46,178 bases of DNA from an uncultured bacterium (GCA_963804975.1 CAWDSG010000002.1:560224-606401), one strand, 5' to 3'; counted from the stretch's first letter, positions 17,849 through 29,492 are shown. Notes: generated by a model from the sequence alone, not told the origin. A program made the numbers and translations.

Positions 17849-19051
17849 TTAATCTATCTTTCCGTTATAGATACCGTTCAAAAGATTGAATGTTTTTGTG
17901 CCAAATGCGCTTTCGCCGGAAATTCCGTATTTTTTCTGAAATGCCAATATAGCCGATTTTGTGCACGTGCCGATAGTTCCGCTGTGCGGGCAGTCATTCC
18001 TGCTCATGCCTTTCGGCGGATAATCGCCGTCCATTATCAATGACGTTTGCAAGGCATAAATATCTTCCGGGTTGGAATTCACGCTTGTGACTTGCGTGTT
18101 CCAAGCGTAGACATTTTCGTTTGGATAATATGAGGATGTTGCGGTTATGCCGTCATTATGATTGTAAAAATCCTGCAAACCCAAATATGTTTGGTATGCA
18201 AGATCTTTGAAAGCGATGCTGCGCACTTCTGGATTTACAAATTGCGGTTCGTAAATATAATCGTATTCAATAAGTATGCTCGCCGCTTTTGACGTATTGT
18301 TTGCTCCGAGCGCAATGAGCTCCGGATCTTCTATCAAGCCGCTTGATTCAACGGGAAGATTGTCTATCGGATTATAGAGAGAAAGGCGCTTGAATATCGC
18401 ATCGGCGATTGCTTTTGAAGAACCGCTGTTTGCATATTCCGATGCCGGCACATACATGACCATGCCGGAATATTTTCCGGCGGTGGTTTTCGGAGAATTG
18501 GGATAATTATTCAGATGAAGATGAAGCATCAGGTCTATATTGTTCTCGTTTGACCATTTTGTAATGCCGTAAAGGCGCATGGCAACATCGATATCTGTAT
18601 TATTGTGGATTTCAGGGTCAACTTCATTGGAAGCGATATTGAACGCCATAGTTTTCTTGGCCGCCTGCTCCCAAGCGACAATCTGATTCCATTCATTTTG
18701 AAAATAATCCGTAAAAGTCGGATTCCACGCTTGCGTGCCGCGGGTTATGAATGCTTGATAATTTTTATTTGTATCCAAAAATTGCTCCAAATCCTGGCTT
18801 ATTGGAACCATAAGATCACGTTCGTAGAGATTTTCAAAGTTTGTTCCGCCATCATTTGGTTCATGGCCCGGTACGATAAGAATGCGGATTTTTTTCTGAT
18901 TATCGCCGGCGGAAGAGGTCGCAGAAACAGCAGCAATTGTTTTTGGCGCGGCTTTTACCGTAAATTGGAAAGAGTAGTGATCTGCAACATACCAAATACT
19001 GCCTACAATAATTGCCGATAAAAATATTTTTAAAATCAGTTTTCTTTTCAT
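17849..19051 (-). CDS. N-acetylmuramoyl-L-alanine amidase (Amidase_3) with C-terminal peptidoglycan-binding domain
   Basis: ILIVPGH, YERD, LHLHLN, ILIEY, G..T..AILAFQKKYGI; ATG at 19051 because the track start lies inside tRNA-Asp. Confidence 0.85.
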   Translation of the reverse strand: MKRKLILKIFLSAIIVGSIWYVADHYSFQFTVKAAPKTIAAVSATSSAGDNQKKIRILIVPGHEPNDGGTNFENLYERDLMVPISQDLEQFLDTNKNYQAFITRGTQAWNPTFTDYFQNEWNQIVAWEQAAKKTMAFNIASNEVDPEIHNNTDIDVAMRLYGITKWSNENNIDLMLHLHLNNYPNSPKTTAGKYSGMVMYVPASEYANSGSSKAIADAIFKRLSLYNPIDNLPVESSGLIEDPELIALGANNTSKAASILIEYDYIYEPQFVNPEVRSIAFKDLAYQTYLGLQDFYNHNDGITATSSYYPNENVYAWNTQVTSVNSNPEDIYALQTSLIMDGDYPPKGMSRNDCPHSGTIGTCTKSAILAFQKKYGISGESAFGTKTFNLLNGIYNGKID

Positions 19052-19104
19052 ATCAAAATACCAGTATATCAGATTTGGATTATTTATAATATTTTTATTT
19101 TTTG

Positions 19105-19178
19105 CGCGACCGATGGGATTTGAACCCACGACCTCTCCCGTGACAGGGGAGCGCTCTAACCAGCTGAGCTACGATCGC
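19105..19178 (-). tRNA. tRNA-Asp (GTC)
   Basis: GCGATCG/CGGTCGC acceptor, CTCCC-CTGTCAC-GGGAG. Confidence 0.95.
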
Positions 19179-19229
19179 ATTGTGCAAAAGAATAACAGAA
19201 AACCTTTATTTCTACAATCTTTTTCACTG

Positions 19230-19303
19230 TGTCGGCGGGTGGAATCGAACCACCGACCTTAGCTTTATGAGTGCTATGCTCTAGCCAACTGAGCTACGCC
19301 GAC
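19230..19303 (-). tRNA. tRNA with CAT anticodon (elongator Met or Ile2)
   Basis: GTCGGCG/CGCCGAC acceptor, loop CTCATAA, GGTTCGATTCC. Confidence 0.88.
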
Positions 19304-19407
19304 ATTAATTTAGAAAGGAATGATAGCATTTTTTTGAATAAAGACAAATCTGCCACGAGATAAAATAAAAATCACTTGTTAATGCAAGTGATTTTTATTT
19401 TATCTCG

Positions 19408-19482
19408 TGGTTGCGGAGGTCGGAATCGAACCGACAATCTTCAGGTTATGAGCCTGACGAGCTACCGTTGCTCTACCCCGCT
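19408..19482 (-). tRNA. Initiator tRNA-fMet (CAT)
   Basis: 1:72 mismatch (A:A), GAGC D-stem, TCAGG-CTCATAA-CCTGA, encoded ACCA end. Confidence 0.92.
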
Positions 19483-19519
19483 GCTGCGTATATTACAACA
19501 AAAAATAGAAAAAACAAAC

Positions 19520-20146
19520 TCAAATAATTTCAAATTCTTCAAAAACTTTCTGGTACAAACCTATTACCCTTTGGGCTTCTCTTCGGTTGATCAGAAAATC
19601 CGAACCTTCATGAGCGATTGCATTCCTTATTTTGTGCGCCTCCCATGCTTTTTCAATATTCTTGAAATCGCTTTCATCCACTGCTTTTAATTTTTCTCCC
19701 GTATCTTTGCCGGGCAGATTCAATGAATCCAAAAGTTCCGCGAGGATTATATCCGCTTCGATTATCGCAAGCTTCCATTTGCTTTCGTCGTCCGAATTGA
19801 TATGGTCTTGAACCAATTTCCATTTCGGATTTTCTATATTTTCTCCGCCTGATGCGCTTTCCTTCTCGCCACCAGCCAGAATTTTTGCCATAACTTTATT
19901 GCGTATCGCATTGTATCGCACCGCATAAATTACAACGATAATAATCATCGCTATTGAAAATAAAAAAGCAAAAACTGCGTATTTTGCGAAAAAATTTATC
20001 AGATAAAACAATGAGTCGGTCGTAAAGGACGCAGTGGAACTGCTGATTTTTGCAGCTACCGTTGAAGAGCCTGCATTTGAAGGCACGCCAAAAATAAGAT
20101 TGAGCAGAATCTGGATAATCGCAATAAAATTGGAGGAAGTGGCCAT
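19520..20146 (-). CDS. Membrane-anchored hypothetical protein with HEPN-like RxxxxH motif
   Basis: TM segment then WKLAIIEADIIL, GEKLK, AWEAHKIRNAIAHEG. Confidence 0.75.
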   Translation of the reverse strand: MATSSNFIAIIQILLNLIFGVPSNAGSSTVAAKISSSTASFTTDSLFYLINFFAKYAVFAFLFSIAMIIIVVIYAVRYNAIRNKVMAKILAGGEKESASGGENIENPKWKLVQDHINSDDESKWKLAIIEADIILAELLDSLNLPGKDTGEKLKAVDESDFKNIEKAWEAHKIRNAIAHEGSDFLINRREAQRVIGLYQKVFEEFEII

Positions 20147-20163
20147 ATTAATATATTATATCA

Positions 20164-21627
20164 TTATTTTTCTCCCTGGCCGGGCAGGCCTAAAAAACTC
20201 TTGCCGACAGAAAACAGCATGTCTTCCCTGCTGTGGTCCGCAATAAACTGGATTCCTATCGGCAAGTTTTTCCCGCCTGCCTGTCCGGTAGGCAGGTTTA
20301 TGTTTTTAAAGCCGGACGGCACTGATATTGCCGGCACTCCGGCGAGATTTACCGGCACTGTAAAAATATCTTCAAGATACATTGAGAGCGGATCGCTGGT
20401 TTTCTCTCCAATTTTAAATGCAACATTCGGCGCCGTCGGAATGGCAATAATATCCGCGTCTTTGAAAGCTTTTTTGAAATCTTCTTTGATTATTTCGCGC
20501 ACTATATTTGCTTTATTGTAGTAAGCGTCATAATAGCCGGACGAAAGGACAAATGTGCCGAGAATAATCCTTCTTTTTACTTCGTCGCCAAAGCCAGCCT
20601 GCCTTGAAAGAAAATAATCTTCAATGCCGTCTTTGCCGGAAACTCTTTTTCCGTATCGCATTCCGTCGAAGCGCGCCATATTCGAGGAAACTTCCGCCGG
20701 CATTAAACAATAATAAACGGCGAGAGAATACTTCAGATTGGGTAATTTTATATCAATAATTTTATGGCCTTGCGATTTCAATTTTTCCAGTGATTCTTCG
20801 AAATTCTTGGCTACATCTTTGTCGATTCCGCCGATATTGAGGAAATCTTTCGGCACGCCTATCTTGAATTTTTTATCAGTTGTAATTTTTTCTTCTTTTT
20901 TGTCCGGCAAAGATGTACTGTCCATGATATTTGATCCTTTTATCGCATTGAAAATAATTTCCGCGTCTTCCACCGTTTTCCCAAATGAACCGATCTGATC
21001 CAGCGATGAGCCCATTGCCATGAGGCCGTATCTTGAAACCCTGCCATAAGTCGGTTTTAATCCCACAACTCCGCAAAAACTTGCCGGTTGGCGGATTGAA
21101 CCGCCAGTGTCCGAACCGATAGCGGCAAGCGCTTCATTTGAAGCGATCGCGGCCGCCGAACCGCCTGAAGACCCACCGGGAACTCTTTCTGGATCATGCG
21201 GATTTTTCGTCGGACCGTAAGCGGAATTTTCCGTAGAGCTTCCCATGGCAAATTCGTCCATATTTGTTCTTCCTAAAAATATAACCCCCTCTTTCTTTAG
21301 TTTTTCTATGACCGTAGCGTCGTAAGTCGCCTTATATCCTTCCAAAATTTTTGATGCCGAGCTCGCTATTCTTCCTTTTATCAGAATATTATCTTTCACT
21401 GCGATTGGAATTCCGGTTAGTACAGTGGCTTTCCCATTTTTTATAATTTCATCTGCTTTTTTTGCCTGCTCTAGTACATCATCATAAATTTCCAAATATG
21501 CGTGTATATCGCCGTCGGTTTTTTTAATCCGTTCAAGATAAGCTTTTGCCAAATCAACAGCCGAATACTCCCTTTTTACCAATGATTCATGCGCCGCTTT
21601 AATTGTCAGATTTTTCAAGTCAATCAT
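20164..21627 (-). CDS. gatA: Asp/Glu-tRNA amidotransferase subunit A
   Basis: AVKDNI, NMDEFAMGSSTENS, GGSSGGS, GSDTGGSIRQPA. Confidence 0.97.
   Translation of the reverse strand: MIDLKNLTIKAAHESLVKREYSAVDLAKAYLERIKKTDGDIHAYLEIYDDVLEQAKKADEIIKNGKATVLTGIPIAVKDNILIKGRIASSASKILEGYKATYDATVIEKLKKEGVIFLGRTNMDEFAMGSSTENSAYGPTKNPHDPERVPGGSSGGSAAAIASNEALAAIGSDTGGSIRQPASFCGVVGLKPTYGRVSRYGLMAMGSSLDQIGSFGKTVEDAEIIFNAIKGSNIMDSTSLPDKKEEKITTDKKFKIGVPKDFLNIGGIDKDVAKNFEESLEKLKSQGHKIIDIKLPNLKYSLAVYYCLMPAEVSSNMARFDGMRYGKRVSGKDGIEDYFLSRQAGFGDEVKRRIILGTFVLSSGYYDAYYNKANIVREIIKEDFKKAFKDADIIAIPTAPNVAFKIGEKTSDPLSMYLEDIFTVPVNLAGVPAISVPSGFKNINLPTGQAGGKNLPIGIQFIADHSREDMLFSVGKSFLGLPGQGEK
20276..20296 (-). repeat. 21-bp intragenic palindrome (in-frame insertion in gatA), copy 2
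   Basis: Sense strand CCTGCCTACCGGACAGGCAGG, encodes LPTGQAG. Confidence 0.85.
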
Positions 21628-21908
21628 AATATCTTTTTTACTTTCAGGTAATTTTTGTCTTTATCGGGAAATTCAGCGACAATCGCTTCCGTATTTGCTC
21701 CGCTTTCGTTTTCGCCTGCATCTTCTCTTGTTATATTTCTATGCTCGCCCGCTTTTCTTTTTTCATCAACGCTTGAAACGACTTCTTTTATCTGGGCCAC
21801 ATAATCCAAAATCGGATCCACTTCCTTGAGCAGTTTTTTCTTTTCCTTTTGCGTTAGTTCAATTCTGGCCAGTTTGGCAAATTTTTCAATGTCTTTGATC
21901 TCCAACAT
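21624..21908 (-). CDS. gatC: Asp/Glu-tRNA amidotransferase subunit C
   Basis: IEKFAKLARIEL, ILDYV, NITRED, YLKVKKIL; ATG at 21908; overlaps the gatA start. Confidence 0.92.
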   Translation of the reverse strand: MLEIKDIEKFAKLARIELTQKEKKKLLKEVDPILDYVAQIKEVVSSVDEKRKAGEHRNITREDAGENESGANTEAIVAEFPDKDKNYLKVKKIL

Positions 21909-21951
21909 ACTAAAAAATATAGCATTTTTCGAGCCAAAAGAAAATAAGTAT

Positions 21952-21988
21952 AAAAAGGGCTGGCGCAAAAACTTGCGCGCAGCCCTTT
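21952..21988 (-). terminator. Intrinsic terminator
   Basis: AAAGGGCTG ... CAGCCCTTT stem with T-run on the minus strand, 3' of 22012..22449. Confidence 0.7.
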
Positions 21989-22011
21989 GAAATTGGAAGT
22001 TTGGAGAAAAA

Positions 22012-22449
22012 TCATATTCTTTTTAACTCCCATTGATTTCCGCATCGAGTGCATTTAAAATTCGCATCCATAAGACCGGCTCTGCCACTGAGCTTGCTAC
22101 TTTCCATTTTACCAGTGAGAGTTGAACACTTAGTGCAAAGATAATGATTGCGCTCAATAAGCGTATTCTTAAAATCTTGAATCTCAAGAACTTTCATTTT
22201 TTGGAAAGCCACTCGATGTTGATCCGATCCAGGCATTACTACCGCAACACTGCCACTCGGAATAAAATATGCTTTCCCACCGCGAATCTTGAGGAATCGA
22301 ACCGTTCTTTTATTGAGAAGTTCACGGCCGATCATAACATTTAAATTTTGATACCTTATCCAATTCAGTATTCGTGTTCCTGGTTCCAAAAGAAGTTTAA
22401 CGTTTGATCTTGTCATCTTTGCCACCACCCTTTCAATTTTCAAGTTCAC
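22012..22449 (-). CDS. Hypothetical basic protein with C-terminal zinc ribbon
   Basis: CTKC-x23-CTRCGNQW; GTG start uncertain. Confidence 0.6.
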   Translation of the reverse strand: MNLKIERVVAKMTRSNVKLLLEPGTRILNWIRYQNLNVMIGRELLNKRTVRFLKIRGGKAYFIPSGSVAVVMPGSDQHRVAFQKMKVLEIQDFKNTLIERNHYLCTKCSTLTGKMESSKLSGRAGLMDANFKCTRCGNQWELKRI

Positions 22450-22628
22450 TACAAAAACTAACTCTGATTATATTTATATACCTGTATAATTATTTGTCAA
22501 TTTATTTTTCTCCACTAAACTGCAGAAAATTATGATCTGTTTTGTGAAAAAACTATTAAGATTGCACAAGATTAAATTCATTTACGGATGGAAATAAAAA
22601 GATATGGCTATGTGATATAATTGCAGGC

Positions 22629-22922
22629 ATGGCTAATTTAAAATTGTACAATACTACTTATGGCCACGCCGGAGAAGTGCACTCAATGAAGCCGCAGTAT
22701 GAAGTCCGCGGTAATGCCATTTACAGGACAGCGTATCATCCTGAAGGGCGCAGCGCTTTGCCAGATTTTAAAATAAAAGAAAATAATAATGTGTACGCGA
22801 CAGCGTATCATTCGGCAGGAGCGCAAGCCGTGCCATGGTTTCAGATCAGAGGAAATAATATCCATACGACAGTCCACAATCCAGCCGGACATCAGCCGCT
22901 TCCGGTTTTCAAAATGAAATAA
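22629..22922 (+). CDS. Small protein made of four ~23-aa repeats
   Basis: Y/H-x-T-x-Y/V-H..G....P.F/Y.I repeats; TATAAT 7 nt before ATG. Confidence 0.75.
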   Translation: MANLKLYNTTYGHAGEVHSMKPQYEVRGNAIYRTAYHPEGRSALPDFKIKENNNVYATAYHSAGAQAVPWFQIRGNNIHTTVHNPAGHQPLPVFKMK

Positions 22923-24944
<2,022 letters not shown>

Positions 24945-24958
24945 TTATAAAAAATTTA

Positions 24959-25561
24959 CTACTGGCTGTTGTATGTTTCTGTAAGCCCTCTTTCAACCCT
25001 TCTTCCGATTATTCCGCTATTATGCCCGTAAGAAGTAATGATGGTTTGAATTATAGGATTGGTCCCGGGACTAAATTGCTTGCTTATAAAAATAGAAGCG
25101 TTTGGATCCGTAATGCCTCCAAAACTGAAAAATGTCGATGTGGAATAAGTATATGTCAGACCTGTTGGATCATACCCTAGGCCGTTTGGATTGCTTTTAT
25201 TTTGCACCTGATTTAAAGTTGTTGTGTTGCCATTGCATGTAACCGAGTTTGGTTGCATAGAGCTTAATGTACACGGATTGGCTGAATCAATGCATGTCGG
25301 AAAAGCGCCGATTATGATATCGGAATAAAGCGCACATTCCTCGGCGCTGTCCGCCGCATAATACGCCGCTTGCGAATCCTTTTCCGAGGTGGCAATCTGC
25401 AGTTCTTTCAAGGAAATATTAAATATTGAAATGCCGAGGGCGATCAGCAAGCTTGAGGCGAGCACGGCAAAAAGCATGGCAAATCCAGACATTTCTTTTT
25501 TTACCTGGCCCTTGGCCGGGCAGGCAGTCAAGCATATTTTTTTATTTATGGATAATTTCAT
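24959..25561 (-). CDS. PilX-like minor pilin
   Basis: SG|FAML (no Glu5), AYYAADSAEECA, last gene of the minor pilin run. Confidence 0.75.
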   Translation of the reverse strand: MKLSINKKICLTACPAKGQVKKEMSGFAMLFAVLASSLLIALGISIFNISLKELQIATSEKDSQAAYYAADSAEECALYSDIIIGAFPTCIDSANPCTLSSMQPNSVTCNGNTTTLNQVQNKSNPNGLGYDPTGLTYTYSTSTFFSFGGITDPNASIFISKQFSPGTNPIIQTIITSYGHNSGIIGRRVERGLTETYNSQ

Positions 25562-26181
25562 TGTTGAATATATGGCGAATAATTATAAATAAAACCGCTG
25601 AGAGTTACGCTTTGCGGACCTGAAGCTTCATTCCATTTGACTTCCACGTTTATTTTCGCTTCGTCCGGATTTATTGTGGTTGCAATATTTATATATCTGG
25701 AAAAAATTGAATTTTTTACAGAATATCCGTATGCCGGCGCGCCCAGAATAAAATCTGTGAAATTATTGCTCGCATCGCGCTCTATTTCCAAAGGATTTGC
25801 AGAATTGCTTGTATAAATGGCATTGGCAAGATTTTGTTGCGTTGTATCAATATTACAATGTGCTGAATTTGAAGGATCATTACAGCTTGCGCCTATCGTA
25901 CAAATACAGCCGCTTAAATCGGAGAGCCAGCTGTTTTCAGCCGTTCCGTTCGCGGCATTAAGCGCAACGTTATCCCTTATATTTTTTACCGCTTCAATGC
26001 CGTCTTGGGCGAGAAACGACGCCGTCATTTCGTTCTTTGAAAGTTCCGCGTCCAGTAGCCCTTTTTGCGTAATAATCATCGGGCTTGCAATGGCAATCAT
26101 AAGTATGGAAATAGCGATAAGCGCCTCAACAAGAGTAAATGCTTTTTTATATTTTTTATCTTTGTAATTTTTCACTTTCAT
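25558..26181 (-). CDS. PilV-like minor pilin
   Basis: KA|FTLVE, LAQDGIEAVKNIRD. Confidence 0.8.
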   Translation of the reverse strand: MKVKNYKDKKYKKAFTLVEALIAISILMIAIASPMIITQKGLLDAELSKNEMTASFLAQDGIEAVKNIRDNVALNAANGTAENSWLSDLSGCICTIGASCNDPSNSAHCNIDTTQQNLANAIYTSNSANPLEIERDASNNFTDFILGAPAYGYSVKNSIFSRYINIATTINPDEAKINVEVKWNEASGPQSVTLSGFIYNYSPYIQQ

Positions 26182-26194
26182 CTTAGATTATTTA

Positions 26195-26803
26195 TTATTC
26201 TTGCCTGTATCTTTGCGATGCTGTAGTCTGGATATCAAATTCCGTGCTTGTGCCGTTTTTCACCGGTATAAGACCTGTTGCGTCTATCAAAACTCTCGGC
26301 TGTTGCGTTGAACCGTTTCCATAAATCGTAAATGTCATATTTGTAATATTTACTGTGGATGTCGGAGCAGTCAAGCTTTGCCACGCATTGGGAATTGTAC
26401 AATGATCGCCTTGGCATATTTCCAAAATATTCCCCACTCCGGATGACAGATATTGATTTGGAGCAAATCTGTAATAAACATTATTTGCGGAATCGCCGTT
26501 TGCATAAAAACTTATTTCATTGCCTTCATTGCCAGTGCAATTGCCACCAGTATTATTTTGACTAATCTGAGTGGTATTGTTGTAGCAAGAATAATTTGTT
26601 CCTGACCGAATATTCCTTGCGATATCGTCAACCGTAAAAGTCACATTGTCTATAACCGTCTTTATGGCTTGCGCTTTGTCGTTTGCATTTATGATTGACA
26701 ATAAAGCGCCTACGGCAACAACCATGAATACCGTAAAAATGGCCGAGGCAACAAGCATTTCCACGAGAGTAAATCCTTTTTTATAATTTTTATTGCTATT
26801 CAT
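26195..26803 (-). CDS. PilW/GspJ-like minor pilin
   Basis: KG|FTLVEMLVA, IARNIRSG. Confidence 0.8.
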   Translation of the reverse strand: MNSNKNYKKGFTLVEMLVASAIFTVFMVVAVGALLSIINANDKAQAIKTVIDNVTFTVDDIARNIRSGTNYSCYNNTTQISQNNTGGNCTGNEGNEISFYANGDSANNVYYRFAPNQYLSSGVGNILEICQGDHCTIPNAWQSLTAPTSTVNITNMTFTIYGNGSTQQPRVLIDATGLIPVKNGTSTEFDIQTTASQRYRQE

Positions 26804-26819
26804 AATTTTCGTGTATTAT

Positions 26820-27461
26820 TTATTGAACATATATTTGCCCGATACCGGTAATTATAATATTTTTTTTATTGCCGTTTGCGGAAGAAACGGTGATATCTGC
26901 TTTTGTGCACGGGCCAATTCTTGTTCCATTGGAATCATAATATATGCGAGCATCAGGATTTGGCCTTTGAAAAAGAATTGTTAGATTGCTTAATCCGCAA
27001 TTTGAAACGGATGAACCGGGCGGTGTAGCGCAAATGCCGCTTATATAATTCCCGCTGTTTATCGTGTATTTTTGAATGCATTCCGTATCGTTTGCGGGGC
27101 AGCTTGTTACCGAACCCTCGCTTAGATTGCCATAAAACGTTCCGCTATTATCCGTATCCGCAAAAAAAACAAAATTTGTGGCGCTTCCTCCGCTGCCGAT
27201 ATTGAAATAAACGCCGAAAGGAGAAAATACATTTATCAATTGGGATTCATTGGAATTGACCCCGTAATATTGCGCCTGCCTTATGGCGAGCGAAATATCG
27301 TACGCAAGATTATTGAGAAGGATCGTATTATTGAAGCCGCTTTGGCTGAAAAGAACGACCGCGGTCAATATGACAAAAATCACAATCGTGACCATTAGCT
27401 CAATGAGCGTAAATCCGCGATTTTGTTTATTTTTTATCCTTTTTTTCAAAAAACCGGTCAT
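26820..27461 (-). CDS. FimT/FimU/GspH-like minor pilin
   Basis: RG|FTLIELMV, IRQAQYYG, C-terminal ITGIGQI. Confidence 0.8.
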   Translation of the reverse strand: MTGFLKKRIKNKQNRGFTLIELMVTIVIFVILTAVVLFSQSGFNNTILLNNLAYDISLAIRQAQYYGVNSNESQLINVFSPFGVYFNIGSGGSATNFVFFADTDNSGTFYGNLSEGSVTSCPANDTECIQKYTINSGNYISGICATPPGSSVSNCGLSNLTILFQRPNPDARIYYDSNGTRIGPCTKADITVSSANGNKKNIIITGIGQIYVQ

Positions 27462-27474
27462 TTTTATAAATTTT

Positions 27475-28266
27475 TTATTTAATAATATTCATTGACATAA
27501 AAAGATTCCAGCCGGTAAAAAATTCAAGAAAAAACGCAAAAATAATAAACGGCGCAAACGGTATCTCGCTCTTTATTGTAAGCCCTAAGCGGGATATATT
27601 CAACTTTTGCAATCCCAAAATAATCAAACTGGCAGCAGCGCCTATCCAAAATGCGAGCATTACGGCAAAAATTCCGCCCGACATTCCGAGAATCCAGCCG
27701 ACGCCGAGAGCGAGCTTTGCGTCGCCAAAACCCATCCATTTTCCGCGAGATACCAGCCAGAAAAAAGCGAAAAAAGCGAAAAGCAAAAGGCCTGCCCAAA
27801 AATCAATGGGAGCGGCCGGCGAAAACAGCGCAAATTGATGCGAGGCCAATAAAAAAATAAAAGCTATAGCATCAAAAAAAATCACCATTCCATCGGGAAT
27901 TATTTTATGCTTGATATCATAAACCGATATGGCGACAAGCGTTGAAACGATAAGGATATAAAAAGGAAGCATAATGGTTATGCCGAATATTAAAAATATC
28001 AGCAAGAAAAGAATCCCGGTAATAAATTCTGCAAGCGGATATTGATATGAGATTTTGCTTTTGCACGAGCTGCATTTTCCACGCAATATGATAAAACTGA
28101 AAATAGGAATCATTTCATGCCACGGCAAAGTTTTTCCGCACGAAAAGCATTTTGACCTGCCGGAAACGAAAGAAAGCCCGGTATTATACCGCAGAACAAG
28201 TACATTGATAAAACTGCCGAAAATAGTGCCAATTATGAAAAAAATAATTGCATTGATAAATGTCAT
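27475..28266 (-). CDS. pilD: Prepilin peptidase / N-methyltransferase
   Basis: GSFINV, SKCFSC, GKCSSC, YDIKHKIIPD, MGFGDAKL, IPFAPF. Confidence 0.93.
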   Translation of the reverse strand: MTFINAIIFFIIGTIFGSFINVLVLRYNTGLSFVSGRSKCFSCGKTLPWHEMIPIFSFIILRGKCSSCKSKISYQYPLAEFITGILFLLIFLIFGITIMLPFYILIVSTLVAISVYDIKHKIIPDGMVIFFDAIAFIFLLASHQFALFSPAAPIDFWAGLLLFAFFAFFWLVSRGKWMGFGDAKLALGVGWILGMSGGIFAVMLAFWIGAAASLIILGLQKLNISRLGLTIKSEIPFAPFIIFAFFLEFFTGWNLFMSMNIIK

Positions 28267-28772
28267 TGCGGCATTACATCATAAATCAAAGAAGATTGGT
28301 TTGGAGTTTCTTGGGATGAATCCCCCCCATTACATAAATAAAAATTAGTTCCATTTGAATTATTTTCTGATAAATTTTGCGAAATAAATCCTTTTTTTGA
28401 CGATAAATAAGCGCTTGAGCTTTCAAGCGTTATCCAAAGCTGATACGAAGTGCAAATGGAAGAGTTTTGAGTTTGTGTAAGCGGAAGATAATGATATACA
28501 GTATCTTGACCATTGGAAGGCGGGGTGGGATAAGAAGGAAGATATGCCGATATAAGGGAAGAAGTGCTTACCGGATATTGTCCATAATGATTGAAATACG
28601 CTTCCAAAGACAGCTCTATGGAACTGATATCGCCGATTCTTTTTTTGTCCCTGCTTTGGGACTGCGCCTTGCCGAAAGAAGAATAGATTATGGACGACAG
28701 TATCGCGATAATGGCAATAACGGCGAGAAGCTCTATTAAAGTGAATCCTTTTGATTTTTTAAAGACATTCAT
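28263..28772 (-). CDS. Type IV pilin (GspG-like)
   Basis: KG|FTLIELLAVIAII, SRDKKRIGDI, YFNHYGQYP. Confidence 0.85.
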   Translation of the reverse strand: MNVFKKSKGFTLIELLAVIAIIAILSSIIYSSFGKAQSQSRDKKRIGDISSIELSLEAYFNHYGQYPVSTSSLISAYLPSYPTPPSNGQDTVYHYLPLTQTQNSSICTSYQLWITLESSSAYLSSKKGFISQNLSENNSNGTNFYLCNGGDSSQETPNQSSLIYDVMPQ

Positions 28773-28800
28773 ACAATAATTATAACGTTTTTTGGCTTAA

Positions 28801-28845
28801 AAACAAAACAAACCCCGAGGTGAGACCTCGGGGTTTGTTTTGTTT
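28801..28845. terminator. Perfect 21-bp hairpin (CCCGAGGT family) terminating the major pilin transcript
   Basis: AAACAAAACAAACCCCGAGGT-GAG-ACCTCGGGGTTTGTTTTGTTT. Confidence 0.85.
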
Positions 28846-28871
28846 GGTATTTAATTAAGAAATTCTCTTAA

Positions 28872-29315
28872 TTATTTACAACCATTACTAGCATTGAAAC
28901 TATTGGATCCTGTTGACATCCCTGTACTATCAACACACCAATAACCTGTTCCTGAACCGCCTTTCAATTGGGCGAACATTGCATATGTTGTACTGGATGA
29001 TACACAGCTTACTGTAGTCCCTGCATTTGAGATAACATTTGCAACAATAGCCTTTACTTGAGCATCAGTCCACATACCTGTCGTGGAATTACAGACATTA
29101 CTGCCTGCGACAACATCATATGACTGATTTCCATTGCCATCATAATACAAGGCTGCTTGCGCTTTTAAGCTGTCCATTGCTCCTTTTACAGCCGCATCCG
29201 AACCTTTTCCTCGCGCTGTATTAAGCGATGCCAAAACGACCGACGAAAGAATACCGATGATGGCGATGACCACCAAAAGTTCAATTAATGTAAAACCTCT
29301 AATTTTTCTATTCAT
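28872..29315 (-). CDS. Probable major type IV pilin
   Basis: RG|FTLIELLVVIAIIGIL, four Cys, YWCVDSTG; has its own promoter and strong terminator. Confidence 0.88.
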   Translation of the reverse strand: MNRKIRGFTLIELLVVIAIIGILSSVVLASLNTARGKGSDAAVKGAMDSLKAQAALYYDGNGNQSYDVVAGSNVCNSTTGMWTDAQVKAIVANVISNAGTTVSCVSSSTTYAMFAQLKGGSGTGYWCVDSTGMSTGSNSFNASNGCK

Positions 29316-29492
29316 AATCTTAATTTTTATCGATAAAAATCAATTAATTTCTAATAAAGTCAGCTTGCCATACCTATGGTAGATCTACCAAAGGCAAGAC
29401 TTATTTTGATTTTTTCATATTTGCTTGCTCAAGGCAAAAATAAAAAAATCAAAACATAAAATATATCGCGATATATTCAAGCTTACCTGATG

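Noticed and set aside
19052-19129. N-terminal extension of the amidase ORF (likewise 21909-21968, 40779-40862, 43576-43638)
   Set aside because: These extensions overlap a tRNA, terminators or promoters; downstream ATGs give better N-termini
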